This document shows positions 29,377 to 39,469 of a stretch of DNA of 64,000 nucleotides, in pieces. The notes beneath the pieces are model-generated. The model was not told the origin of the DNA and did no database searches. It saw only the letters and a program-made list of their open reading frames with translations. Within the stretch, counting starts at the first letter, position 1, and every line of letters begins with the position of its first letter. Origin of the DNA: Anaerolineae bacterium (GTDB lineage: Bacteria; Chloroflexota; Anaerolineae; B4-G1; SLSP01); the NCBI GenBank assembly GCA_034432595.1, contig DAOUBT010000052.1, positions 1-64,000 on the forward strand, read 5' to 3'. The translations under genes and the position numbers were made by a program.

Positions 29377-30585
29377 ATGGAAGATTACACGCCTCTAAGC
29401 TATACAGCCGAAAATCAAATGTTCCTGGCCCTGAAACGCGCCATTCAAGACGTGTTTGAGATTGAAAGTTACGCCTTGCTCAATCAGGGTGAGCGTCCTG
29501 TGGTGGAATTCACCGGACACTTGCTTCAGGATAGCGAAAGCGCCTTTGCGTGGATCGAGGAGCGCTTCCATGCTCTGGGCTACACGCCCATGCTCAGCGA
29601 AGAACAGGGAAGCCATAAACTGCAAGCCCTTCCCGTGCTCTTTGATAAGAAAACCGGGTCGCCCTGGGTTAACCTGGTGCTTTTTGTGCTCACCCTGCTC
29701 TCTGTGATGTACATCGGCGCGATGAACGCCACTGCCCCCGGCGAAACCTTTCAACTCTGGCGCGGCTGGCCCGCCGCCGCTGCGCTGATGGGCATCCTCA
29801 CCGCGCACGAACTGAGCCACTATTTCATCGCGCGCCGCTACGGGTCTCCGGTGAGCCTCCCCTATTTCGTGCCCATGCCTTTCAACATCCTGGGCACCAT
29901 GGGCGCGGTAATCGTGCAACGCGCCCCCATGCGCAGCCGCAAGGCGCTTTTCGACATCGGCATCGCCGGCCCGCTCGGTGGCCTTGTCCTTGCCGTGCCG
30001 CTGCTCCTCTACGGCCTCAGCCGCTGCGTGGTGGGCCTGCCCTCGGAATTCATGCAGGGCATCGAAAGCCCCTATCTCCTGCAAGAGGGCAATTCTCTGC
30101 TGTATTTTCTTTCCAAGCTGATGATTTTTGGCCGCGCCCTGCCGGATGCCGCTGGTCGAGATGTGTGGCTCTCACCCCCAAGCACCGGTGGAGCCATCGC
30201 CTTCGCCGCCTGGGCCGGCTTACTCGTCACCGCGCTCAACCTCTTCCCCATCGGTCAACTGGATGGCGGCCATGTGCTCTATGCCTTGTGGGGTAAAAAG
30301 GCCTGGAACGTGGCGCGCGCTTTCGTTGGCCTGCTCTTCCTGTGGGGCATTTTCCTGATGGTCTTCGCGGATGGCGTGCTGGGTCTGCCCTACAGCGTGA
30401 GAGAAGCCGGGTGGATGTGGCTCTTATGGGGCGGGCTGGGCTTGCTGATGCGACCGGAGCATCCCGCGCCTTTAGATGACGTCACGCCGCTCGACCCACA
30501 ACGCCGGCTCCTGGGCTACCTGATGATCGTCATTTTCATTCTGATTCTGGTGCCCATCCCCATGGTGGTGGTGCCTTTCAAGTAG
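29377..30585 (+). CDS. site-2 protease family (peptidase M50) membrane metalloprotease
   Basis: HELSH zinc motif inside a TM helix and the second motif FPIGQLDGGH. Confidence 0.75.
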   Translation: MEDYTPLSYTAENQMFLALKRAIQDVFEIESYALLNQGERPVVEFTGHLLQDSESAFAWIEERFHALGYTPMLSEEQGSHKLQALPVLFDKKTGSPWVNLVLFVLTLLSVMYIGAMNATAPGETFQLWRGWPAAAALMGILTAHELSHYFIARRYGSPVSLPYFVPMPFNILGTMGAVIVQRAPMRSRKALFDIGIAGPLGGLVLAVPLLLYGLSRCVVGLPSEFMQGIESPYLLQEGNSLLYFLSKLMIFGRALPDAAGRDVWLSPPSTGGAIAFAAWAGLLVTALNLFPIGQLDGGHVLYALWGKKAWNVARAFVGLLFLWGIFLMVFADGVLGLPYSVREAGWMWLLWGGLGLLMRPEHPAPLDDVTPLDPQRRLLGYLMIVIFILILVPIPMVVVPFK

Positions 30586-31695
30586 ATGGCGATTATCGGG
30601 ATTGATGCCAGTCGTGCCATCAGCACGGCCCCAACCGGCACGGAGCATTATTCTTACCATCTGATCCGCGCCGCACTGCCGTATCTGCACCGCCATCAGG
30701 TGCGGCTCTACCTGCGCACTCCCGTGCCGCCGCAAATGTTCCCCGGCGCACAGCTGCGCGTCATCCCCTTCCCGCGCCTGTGGACGCACGTCCGCCTATC
30801 GTGGGAGCTGATGCGTCATCCGGTGGATGTGCTTTTTGTGCCCGCGCACGTGCTCCCGCTCTATCATCCGCGCCGCAGCGTCGTCACCATCCACGACGTA
30901 GGGTATCGTTTCTTTCCCGAAGCGCACCCACGTTGGCAACGGTTCTACCTGGAATGGAGCACCCGCTACAACGCGCGGACGGCGGCGCGCGTCATCGCCA
31001 TTTCGCGCGCCACGCAACAGGCCCTGGTCACAAGTTACGGCGTCCCACCTGACAGGATCCACATCATCCCCAATGGGTATACCCCCGACCTGACGCCGGT
31101 GCGCGACGCCCAACGGTTGGCGGCCGTGCGCGAACGCTATGGTATCCCCGGCGATTACGTGCTCTATTTGGGACGCATTCAGCCACGCAAGAACCTGCCG
31201 CGCCTGATCCGCGCCTTTGCGCGCGTGGCAGCGGATGACCCACAGCTTTACCTGGTGCTGGCCGGGCCGTCCGGTTGGCTTGAGGCGAGCATCCGCGCGG
31301 AAATCGCCGCCTGCGGATTGACGGAGCGCGTGGTGCTGCCGGGTTACGTCGCGGCGGAGGATAAGGCGGCGTTGCTTTCGGGGGCGCGCGTGTTCGCCTT
31401 CCCTTCGCTGTACGAGGGCTTCGGGATTCCGGTGCTGGAGGCGCAGGCGTGCGAGACGCCGGTGCTCACGAGCAGCACGTCGAGCCTGCCGGAGGTGGCG
31501 GGGGACGCAGCGCTGCTGGTGGACCCTGAGGATGAGGCAGCCATCGCAGCGGGGTTGCGCCGCCTGCTGGAGGACGAAGCGCTGCGCGCGATGTTGCGGG
31601 AGCGCGGACGGGCGAATATCACACGTTTTACCTGGGATAAAGCCGCGCAAGCAGTGGCGGCCTTAATCGAATCGCTGTTGGAGGCAATAAGGTGA
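30586..31695 (+). CDS. glycosyltransferase family 4
   Basis: GT4 C-terminal motif FAFPSLYEGFGIPVLEAQACETPVLTS. Starts 1 nt after the M50 stop. Confidence 0.8.
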   Translation: MAIIGIDASRAISTAPTGTEHYSYHLIRAALPYLHRHQVRLYLRTPVPPQMFPGAQLRVIPFPRLWTHVRLSWELMRHPVDVLFVPAHVLPLYHPRRSVVTIHDVGYRFFPEAHPRWQRFYLEWSTRYNARTAARVIAISRATQQALVTSYGVPPDRIHIIPNGYTPDLTPVRDAQRLAAVRERYGIPGDYVLYLGRIQPRKNLPRLIRAFARVAADDPQLYLVLAGPSGWLEASIRAEIAACGLTERVVLPGYVAAEDKAALLSGARVFAFPSLYEGFGIPVLEAQACETPVLTSSTSSLPEVAGDAALLVDPEDEAAIAAGLRRLLEDEALRAMLRERGRANITRFTWDKAAQAVAALIESLLEAIR

Positions 31696-32486
31696 TTATC
31701 TGGGATGCGCTCAAGGTCATGACGTTTAATATCCGTTACGGGTTGGCCGAGGATGGGCCGTATCGCTGGGAGGCGCGCAAGGCGCGCGTCGTGGAGGCCA
31801 TCCGCACCGCCATGCCGGATGTGGTGGGCTTGCAGGAGTGCCGCGATGACGAACAGGCGGCTTATGTGCGAGAGGCGCTGCCGGAATACGAGTTCTACGG
31901 CGTGCCGCGCGGCGGGGATGATGCGACGGCTCTGGAGATGGCGCCGCTGCTGCTGCGCCGTGAGACGCTCGACGTGGTAGAACGCGGGCATTTCTGGCTC
32001 AGCAACACACCCGACGTGCCCGGCAGCAAGAGTTGGGATAGTTTCTTCGCGCGCACGGTGACGTGGGCTAAGGTGCGCGAGCGCCGTCAGGGGCGCGTCC
32101 TGTTATGCGCCAACACGCATTTCGATTATCAGCCCAGTGCCGTCGTAGGTGCGGCCAAGGTGCTGCAACATTGGATCACCGCTCAGGCGAAAACGTTGCC
32201 CGTTATCCTTTGTGGCGATTTCAATACGGAAAAAGATTCCGCCATTTATCGCCTGCTCACGCTGGATGCGGACCTGCGCGATGCGTACCGTCTTGCCCAT
32301 CCCATCCCCACGTCGGAGGAGGGAACGTTCCACGGCTATGGCAAGGTGACGCCACCGCGAGCGATAGATTGGGTGCTCATCAGTGCGCATTTCCGCGTGT
32401 TACAGGCGGAAATCTTGCGCTCAGGCAGCGCGGCGACTTATCTTTCCGATCACGACCCGGTGGTGGTGACTTTAAACTGGATGTGA
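31692..32486 (+). CDS. endonuclease/exonuclease/phosphatase (EEP) family protein
   Basis: MTFNIRYG...VVGLQE N-terminal motifs and SDHDPVVV at the C-terminus. 4-nt overlap with GT4. Confidence 0.7.
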   Translation: MIIWDALKVMTFNIRYGLAEDGPYRWEARKARVVEAIRTAMPDVVGLQECRDDEQAAYVREALPEYEFYGVPRGGDDATALEMAPLLLRRETLDVVERGHFWLSNTPDVPGSKSWDSFFARTVTWAKVRERRQGRVLLCANTHFDYQPSAVVGAAKVLQHWITAQAKTLPVILCGDFNTEKDSAIYRLLTLDADLRDAYRLAHPIPTSEEGTFHGYGKVTPPRAIDWVLISAHFRVLQAEILRSGSAATYLSDHDPVVVTLNWM

Positions 32487-32948
32487 GGATGCCCGCCGGT
32501 TGTCCGCCCGGCGAGATGTACGGTCCCATGGCCGTTACCCTTTGTGCGGAAAACAGCCGTTACCATGAACGCCTGTGAGGAAATCCCCACAGGCGTTTTC
32601 GTTGACCGCGGGTTTTGACGCATCATGCACGACGCCATAGCCATTGCCACCTGAGGTCCGATCAGCCTGCGTATGCCGCTGCAACGCCCGCTTTGAGCGG
32701 CGGGCTACAGCTACCAGGATGCCAGGGCCGCTTCTGCGGGCTTCGTAGCCATGCGAACCAGCGCGCGATGAGCGCCCGTCGCAAGGCTATGGCCCTGGCC
32801 GCCTCACGCCGCCTCAGCGAGCTTCGCGGTTGATGTCAGCGGAATGTGGGTTCTATGTCTCCCGGCTCAGGATGAATCCTGGCTACGGTGCTTTATGGCC
32901 CAGGCAGGCTGAGCAGCCCCCAGCGGATTTTTCTTCCCTTTCAGGTCT

Positions 32949-32976
32949 TGACAAATTAGTTCCACGTAGTACAATT
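32949..32976 (+). promoter_or_regulatory. candidate sigma70 promoter for the marR-ABC operon
   Basis: TTGACA, a ~15-16 nt spacer, then TACAAT, about 35 nt upstream of the marR ATG. Confidence 0.4.
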
Positions 32977-33009
32977 CCATTTGTTACTAACTGGACTAAA
33001 GGAGAGGAC

Positions 33010-33552
33010 ATGGCAGGGCATAATCCGGATTTCATGCGCGCGCAGATTCGTCAGCAAGTGCGCAGTATCACCGGCCAAGAGACCCACAGCACCGGCGTGG
33101 AGCTGGCGGCGCTCATCCGCTTTCTCGCCAACCGCTATGAGGCTCTGATCAGCCAACCCTGGGAAACAGGAGAGTTGAGCGGCGCACGCCTGGGCTTGCT
33201 GGTGCGCCTGCTGGCGGAAGCGCGCCGGGGGGAGACGGCGGGCGTCTCGCCCACGTATCTCAGTCAATGTATGCACGTGAGCAAAAACACTGTCTCGGCC
33301 CTGTTGCGCGGGTTAGAGATGCAGGGGTTAATCGAGCGCGTGCTGGATCCAGAGGATAAACGGCGCTTCCGCATCCGCCTTACGCCCACCGGTCAGGCGC
33401 TGGTGGAGACGACAACCCCACAATACATCACGCGGCTCAATGCCATGCTGGATATTTTCACGCCCGACGAGGTGGAGCAGCTTCTGAGCCTGCTCACCCG
33501 GTTGGCTGAGGCGATGAGCAGCGCTGCCGACACCTCCCTCACAGAAGGTTAA
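33010..33552 (+). CDS. MarR-family transcriptional regulator
   Basis: wHTH region (LSQCMHVSKNTVSALLRGLEMQGLIERVLDPEDKRRFRIRLTPTGQAL). ATG 33010 with RBS AAAGGAGAGGA. Confidence 0.75.
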   Translation: MAGHNPDFMRAQIRQQVRSITGQETHSTGVELAALIRFLANRYEALISQPWETGELSGARLGLLVRLLAEARRGETAGVSPTYLSQCMHVSKNTVSALLRGLEMQGLIERVLDPEDKRRFRIRLTPTGQALVETTTPQYITRLNAMLDIFTPDEVEQLLSLLTRLAEAMSSAADTSLTEG

Positions 33553-33572
33553 TTTCCCATAAAGGAGTTCCT

Positions 33573-35849
33573 ATGTTAAGACTGGTTCGCTATCTCAAAC
33601 CCTTTACAGCCTTGCTCCTGCTGGTCGTGATGTTGCTGTTCGTGCAGGCCTGGGCAGACCTGTCCCTGCCCGACTACATGTCGCGCATCGTCAACTACGG
33701 CATTCAGCAAGGTGGGGTGGAAGATGCCGCCCCCGAAGCGTTGAGCGAACAGACCTACACGCGCCTGCAATTCTTTCTCACGGAGGCGGAACGGGCACAG
33801 GTAGAGGCCGCCTACACGCGCGTGGATGCCAGCGCAGCGGATTATGCGACGCTGGTCAAACGCTATCCAGCCCTGGAAACGGAAGCGCTGTACGTGCGCA
33901 AGCCGCTTTCCCGCAGCGACCTCAAGGCACTCAACACCCCCATGGCTCGCGCCTGGCTCGCCGTGAGCGCCATCGAGCGTATCATGCAGGACCCGCAAGC
34001 CGCGGCAGCCATCGGCAAACAACTGGGCATGGATCTTTCCAAGCTACCGCCGGGCATGGACCTCTTCAGCCTGTTGCCCAAAATGCCCGAAGCACAGCGC
34101 ACAGCCCTGGTGGAGCGCCTGAATCAGCAGGCCGTCGCGCTGGGTGAAAATATGGTCAATCAAATGGCCGTGGTGGCGGTCAAGGCGGAATATGCGGCCC
34201 TGGGCATGGATACGGAAGCGCTCCAGAATGCCTACATTTTGCGCACGGGCGGGGCGATGTTGCTCCTGGCCCTGTTGAGCGCAGTGTGTACCATCAGTGT
34301 GGGCTACCTGGGCGCGCGCACGGCGGCAGGGGTAGCGCGCAATCTGCGGCGCGATGTGTTCGCCAAAGTGACGGAGTTTTCCGGCGCGGAGTTCGAGAAG
34401 TTCTCCACGGCTTCCCTCATCACACGCACGACTAATGACGTGACGCAAATGCAGATGGTGTTGATGATGATGGTGCGCATGGTCTTCTACGCGCCCATCA
34501 TCGGCATCGGCGCCATCATCCGCGCGAGCGGCAAGGGGTCTTCCATGTGGTGGATCATCGCCATCGCCGTGGGGCTATTGCTCACGCTGATTGCGACCGT
34601 TTTCTCCGTTGTCACGCCCAAGTTCAAGGTGGTGCAGAAGCTCATTGACCGCCTGAACCTGGTGATGCGCGAGAATCTGAGCGGCATGATGGTCATCCGC
34701 GCCTTCAACACGCAGGACCACGAGCTGCAACGCTTTGACCGTGCCAACCGTGATCTCACGGATACCATGTTGTTCGTCAGCCGCGTCATTGTGGTGATGA
34801 TGCCGTTGATGATGCTGTTGATGAACGGCTTGATGCTCGCCATCGTCTGGGTCGGCGCGCACGAGGTGGCGAAGGCCAACATGCAGGTGGGGGATATGAT
34901 GGCCTTCATGCAGTACGCGCTGCAAATCGTGATGGCCTTCCTGATGCTCTCCATCATGTTCATCGTCTTCCCGCGCGCTTCCGTTTCGGCAGAGCGTATC
35001 GCCGATGTCCTGGAAACGCCCCTCAGCATTCAGGATCCGCCCACGCCACGCCACTTCCCGGAGCCTTTCGTGCCGCGCGTGGAATTCGACCATGTGGGCT
35101 TCCGCTATCCGGGCGCGGAGGAGAACGTCCTGTGCGACATCACTTTCACGGCAGAGCCTGGGCAAATCGTGGGCATCATTGGCTCGACCGGTTCGGGCAA
35201 GTCCACCCTCATCAATCTGATTCCGCGCTTCTACGATGTGACGCAGGGCGCCATCCGCATCTCTGGTGTGGATATCCGCGAGGTGCCCCAAGCCGAGCTG
35301 CGCGCTAAGGTGGCTTACGTGCCGCAACGCGGCCTGCTCTTCTCCGGCACCATCGAGAGCAACCTGCGTTATGCGGATGAGGATGCTGCGGATGAGGTCA
35401 TCGCGCAGGCGATCGCCATCGCGCAGGCGCAGGAAGTGGTGGACAGCCGTCCCGAAGGTCTCGCCGCGCCCATCGCGCAGGGCGGGACCAACGTCTCCGG
35501 CGGTCAGCGGCAGCGTCTTTCCATTGCGCGGGCGCTGGTCAAACGAGCCCCGATTTACATTTTCGATGACAGCTTCTCGGCGCTGGACTTCCGCACCGAA
35601 GCCGCCTTGCGGCGCGCGCTCCATGCCGCGTTGCAGGACAGCACCGTCTTGATCGTGACCCAACGGGTTTCCTCCATCCTGCATGCGGATCAAATTATTG
35701 TGCTGGATGAGGGCGAACTGGTGGGCAAGGGCACGCATGCCGAGCTGATGGAGACGTGCCCGGCGTATCGTGAAATTGTCTTCTCGCAATTGCGGCAGGA
35801 AGATTTGCAAACCCTGTCCGTAGCAGAAATCCAGGGGGGTGCAGCATGA
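33573..35849 (+). CDS. ABC exporter fused permease/ATPase subunit A (long extracytoplasmic N-domain)
   Basis: Six TM helices after a ~170-aa loop. Walker A GSTGSGKST, signature VSGGQRQRLSIARAL, Walker B IYIFDDSFSALD. Confidence 0.85.
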   Translation: MLRLVRYLKPFTALLLLVVMLLFVQAWADLSLPDYMSRIVNYGIQQGGVEDAAPEALSEQTYTRLQFFLTEAERAQVEAAYTRVDASAADYATLVKRYPALETEALYVRKPLSRSDLKALNTPMARAWLAVSAIERIMQDPQAAAAIGKQLGMDLSKLPPGMDLFSLLPKMPEAQRTALVERLNQQAVALGENMVNQMAVVAVKAEYAALGMDTEALQNAYILRTGGAMLLLALLSAVCTISVGYLGARTAAGVARNLRRDVFAKVTEFSGAEFEKFSTASLITRTTNDVTQMQMVLMMMVRMVFYAPIIGIGAIIRASGKGSSMWWIIAIAVGLLLTLIATVFSVVTPKFKVVQKLIDRLNLVMRENLSGMMVIRAFNTQDHELQRFDRANRDLTDTMLFVSRVIVVMMPLMMLLMNGLMLAIVWVGAHEVAKANMQVGDMMAFMQYALQIVMAFLMLSIMFIVFPRASVSAERIADVLETPLSIQDPPTPRHFPEPFVPRVEFDHVGFRYPGAEENVLCDITFTAEPGQIVGIIGSTGSGKSTLINLIPRFYDVTQGAIRISGVDIREVPQAELRAKVAYVPQRGLLFSGTIESNLRYADEDAADEVIAQAIAIAQAQEVVDSRPEGLAAPIAQGGTNVSGGQRQRLSIARALVKRAPIYIFDDSFSALDFRTEAALRRALHAALQDSTVLIVTQRVSSILHADQIIVLDEGELVGKGTHAELMETCPAYREIVFSQLRQEDLQTLSVAEIQGGAA

Positions 35850-37735
35850 GTACGATGGGAGCGAACTCACGTCCGACAACAACCTCACCACGTCCAAGTC
35901 CTTTCGGCGGGCCGATGGGCGGTGGCGGACCAGCTTTTGCGCGCGGCGGGGAAAAGGCGCGCGACTTCAAGGGCACGATGCGCAGGCTCGCGCTCTACTT
36001 GCGGGGACACTATCTGGCCCTGAGCATCAGCCTTCTCACCGCGGTGCTTTCGACTATTTTCAGCATCGTCGGTCCCAAGATTCTGGGCAAAGCCACGACG
36101 AAGCTCTTTGAGGGCGTCATGGCGCAGATCATGGGCACGGGCGAGGGCATTGACTTCGAGTATATCGGCAACATCCTGCTCCTGCTCGTGGGCCTGTATC
36201 TGCTTTCTGCCCTGTTCAGCTACATACAGGGCTGGCTGATGACCGGCGTCGCCATGAAGATTGCCTATCAACTGCGCAAACAGATTGCCGAAAAGATCCA
36301 CCGTATGCCCCTGCGCTACTTTGACGGGACCAATCACGGGGAAATTCTCTCGCGCGTCACCAACGACGTGGATACGGTGAGTCAGACTTTGAGTCAAAGC
36401 CTGAGTCAGCTCATCACGTCCGTCGTGACCATGATTGGCGTGCTGGTGATGATGTTGACGATTAGCTGGCAGATGACGCTGGTGGCCCTGCTCATCATGC
36501 CGCTCTCGATGGTGCTGATTACGCAGGTCATCAAACGCTCGCAAAAGTACTTCCGGCAGCAGCAGGACTACTTAGGTCACGTCAATGGCCACATCGAGGA
36601 AATGTACGGTGGACATTTTGTGGTGCGTGCTTTCAACGGTGAGGCGCGCAGTCTGGCCGCCTTCGATGCGTACAACACGCAGCTCTACGAGTCGGCGTGG
36701 AAGTCGCAATTCTTCTCCGGCCTGATGATGCCGATGGTGAACTTTATCGGCAACCTGAGCTACGTTTTCGTGGCGGTGCTGGGCGGCTGGCTGGCCGTGC
36801 GCAAGCTCATCACGGTAGGCGATATTCAGGCTTTCATCCAATACATGCGGTCCTTCACGCAGCCCATGGGACAGCTCGCCAACGTCACCAACATCCTGCA
36901 GCAGACAGCCGCAGCAGCGGAGCGCGTCTTCGAGTTCCTGAATGAAGCGGAAGAAAGCCCCGATCCGGAGCCGGCGGTGGAGCTGGAGCGTGTGGAAGGC
37001 GCGGTGGATTTTGATCACGTGCGTTTTGGCTACACGCCGGATAAAGTGGTCATCAAGGACTTTACGGCCCGCATCCAACCCGGACAGCGCATTGCCATTG
37101 TTGGCCCCACCGGCGCCGGTAAGACGACCATGGTCAAGTTGTTGATGCGCTTCTACGACGTGCTGGACGGCGCGATTAAGGTGGATGGGCACGACGTGCG
37201 CACCTTCCGCCGTCATGACCTGCGCCGCAACTTTGGGATGGTGTTGCAAGATGCCTGGCTGTTTAACGGCACCATCATGGATAACCTGCGCTACGGACGC
37301 CTGGATGCCACAGACGAGGAGGTTTTCGCCGCGGCGCGCGCGGCGCGCGTGGATCACTTTGTGCGCACGCTGCCCGGCGGGTATCAGATGGAGCTAAATG
37401 AAGAGACGAGCAACATCTCGCAGGGGCAAAAGCAGCTCATGACCATCGCCCGCGCTTTCCTGGCGAATCCACGCATCCTCATCCTGGATGAGGCGACAAG
37501 TTCTGTGGATACGCGCACCGAGGTGCTCATCCAACAGGCCATGGCGGAGTTGATGGAGGGGCGCACGAGTTTCATCATCGCGCACCGATTGTCCACCATC
37601 CGCAACGCCGACTTGATTCTGGTGATGAACGAGGGCGACATCGTGGAACAGGGCACGCACGAGGAGTTGCTCGCGCGCGGCGGCTTCTACGCTCACCTGT
37701 ACCGCAGTCAGTTCGAGCGCGTGGAACAGGCCTGA
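35846..37735 (+). CDS. ABC exporter fused permease/ATPase subunit B (heterodimer partner)
   Basis: 4-nt overlap with subunit A. Walker A GPTGAGKTT, signature ISQGQKQLMTIARAF, Walker B ILILDEATSSVD. Confidence 0.85.
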   Translation: MSTMGANSRPTTTSPRPSPFGGPMGGGGPAFARGGEKARDFKGTMRRLALYLRGHYLALSISLLTAVLSTIFSIVGPKILGKATTKLFEGVMAQIMGTGEGIDFEYIGNILLLLVGLYLLSALFSYIQGWLMTGVAMKIAYQLRKQIAEKIHRMPLRYFDGTNHGEILSRVTNDVDTVSQTLSQSLSQLITSVVTMIGVLVMMLTISWQMTLVALLIMPLSMVLITQVIKRSQKYFRQQQDYLGHVNGHIEEMYGGHFVVRAFNGEARSLAAFDAYNTQLYESAWKSQFFSGLMMPMVNFIGNLSYVFVAVLGGWLAVRKLITVGDIQAFIQYMRSFTQPMGQLANVTNILQQTAAAAERVFEFLNEAEESPDPEPAVELERVEGAVDFDHVRFGYTPDKVVIKDFTARIQPGQRIAIVGPTGAGKTTMVKLLMRFYDVLDGAIKVDGHDVRTFRRHDLRRNFGMVLQDAWLFNGTIMDNLRYGRLDATDEEVFAAARAARVDHFVRTLPGGYQMELNEETSNISQGQKQLMTIARAFLANPRILILDEATSSVDTRTEVLIQQAMAELMEGRTSFIIAHRLSTIRNADLILVMNEGDIVEQGTHEELLARGGFYAHLYRSQFERVEQA

Positions 37736-37884
37736 GGTTTGGGTTGGTCCCCCCTCGCACCCACGGTGCAGAGGGGGGATTTTTTTATGGCGTTGTTTGG
37801 GGCAAGGTTTGGTAGAGCTGTTGCATTTTGCGCATTTTTGTCTATACTTACTTTGTTAAAATTTCAACAAAAAGCGAGGCACTT

Positions 37885-39414
37885 ATGCGTTTTCCAAGAG
37901 CTGCGGGCATCCTTTTACATCCGACCTCCTTGCCGGGGCGCTACGGCATCGGTAGTGTAGGCAAGGCTGCTTACGATTTTGTGGATTTCCTGGAAGCCAG
38001 CGGGCATACCTTGTGGCAGGTGCTGCCGTTAGGCCCAACCGGGTACGGGGATTCGCCTTACGCCTGCTTCTCGGCCTTCGCCGGTAACCCTTTGCTGATT
38101 GACCTGGATTTGCTGGTCGAGGCGGGCGATCTCACGCCGGAGGATGTGGCGAACACGCCGGCTTTCCCTGCGGACCATGTGGACTTCGGTCCCGTCATCA
38201 CCTTCAAATACGAGCTACTGCACCGCGCAGCGCGCCGCTTCCGCACCGAAGCCTCGCGCGAGCGCTGGCGCGAGTTTGAGGATTTCTGCGTCACCAACAG
38301 CGCCTGGCTGGAGGATTTCGTCCTCTTCATGGCGTTGAAGGAAGCACACGGCGGCGCGGTCTGGAACAGCTGGGAGCGCGAGCTGGTGGCGCGTGACCCC
38401 ATCGAGCTGCAGGCCTGGCGTGACAAACTGGCCGATGTGCTCTTCGCGCATCGCTACTTCCAATATCAATTTTTCAAGCAGTGGGAAGCGCTGAAACGCT
38501 ACGCCAACGCCAGGGGCATCCGCATCATCGGGGATATCCCCATCTTCGTGGCCTTCGACAGCGCGGACGTGTGGGCGCATCCCGAATACTTCGCTCTGGA
38601 TGATAACTTCCGCTCGACTGTGGTAGCAGGCGTCCCGCCGGATTACTTCAGCGCAACTGGCCAACTGTGGGGCAATCCGCTCTACCGCTGGGACAAGCTG
38701 GCGGAGAACGACTATGACTGGTGGGTAGCGCGGGTGCAGCAAACGCTCAAAACGGTGGACATCATCCGTCTGGACCACTTCCGCGGCTTTGAGGCCTACT
38801 GGGAGATTCCCGCAGGCGAGCTGACGGCGGTGAACGGGCGCTGGGTGCCGGGTCCGGGCGCGGATTTCTTCAGTGCGCTGGAAAACGAACTCGGCGAGCT
38901 GCCGCTCATCGCGGAAGACCTGGGCTTCATCACGCCGGGGGTGCAGGAACTGCGCGATAGTTTTGAACTGCCGGGCATGAAAATCCTGCAATTCGCCTTC
39001 GCCACAGACGCGAGCAACGAATATCTCCCCCACAACTACACCACGCCCAACTGCGTGGTTTACACCGGCACGCACGATAACGATACCACCATGGGCTGGT
39101 TCGAGAAGGCCGGGGAAGAGGAACGCGCGGCGACGCTGCGCTACCTCGGTCCCACGCAGGAATCCATCGCCTGGGCCTTGATGCGCCTGGCGTATCAATC
39201 CATCGCTGACCTGGCCTTAGTCCCCCTGCAGGACGTGCTGGAACTGGGCACGGAAGCGCGCATGAATCTGCCAGGCCGCGCGAGTGGGAACTGGAGCTGG
39301 CGCTTCAAGGAGGGCGATCTCACCGAAAAGCACATCACCCATCTGCGCGAGCTGGCCGAGACCTACGGGCGCAAAGAACCGGCGGAAAAGAAAGAAAAGC
39401 CGCACTGGATGTAA
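37885..39414 (+). CDS. malQ: 4-alpha-glucanotransferase (amylomaltase, GH77)
   Basis: N-terminus RAAGILLHPTSLPGRYGIGSVG...LPLGPTGYGDSPY and length typical of MalQ. ATG 37885 preferred. Confidence 0.85.
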   Translation: MRFPRAAGILLHPTSLPGRYGIGSVGKAAYDFVDFLEASGHTLWQVLPLGPTGYGDSPYACFSAFAGNPLLIDLDLLVEAGDLTPEDVANTPAFPADHVDFGPVITFKYELLHRAARRFRTEASRERWREFEDFCVTNSAWLEDFVLFMALKEAHGGAVWNSWERELVARDPIELQAWRDKLADVLFAHRYFQYQFFKQWEALKRYANARGIRIIGDIPIFVAFDSADVWAHPEYFALDDNFRSTVVAGVPPDYFSATGQLWGNPLYRWDKLAENDYDWWVARVQQTLKTVDIIRLDHFRGFEAYWEIPAGELTAVNGRWVPGPGADFFSALENELGELPLIAEDLGFITPGVQELRDSFELPGMKILQFAFATDASNEYLPHNYTTPNCVVYTGTHDNDTTMGWFEKAGEEERAATLRYLGPTQESIAWALMRLAYQSIADLALVPLQDVLELGTEARMNLPGRASGNWSWRFKEGDLTEKHITHLRELAETYGRKEPAEKKEKPHWM

Positions 39415-39425
39415 AACGTTACGGG

Positions 39426-39466
39426 AAAAGCGGTGCGCTTCATGGAAAGCGCACCGCTTTTTTGTT
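39426..39466 (+). terminator. intrinsic terminator after malQ
   Basis: Hairpin agcggtgcgc-ttcatggaa-agcgcaccgct followed by tttttgtttt. Confidence 0.65.
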
Positions 39467-39469
39467 TTG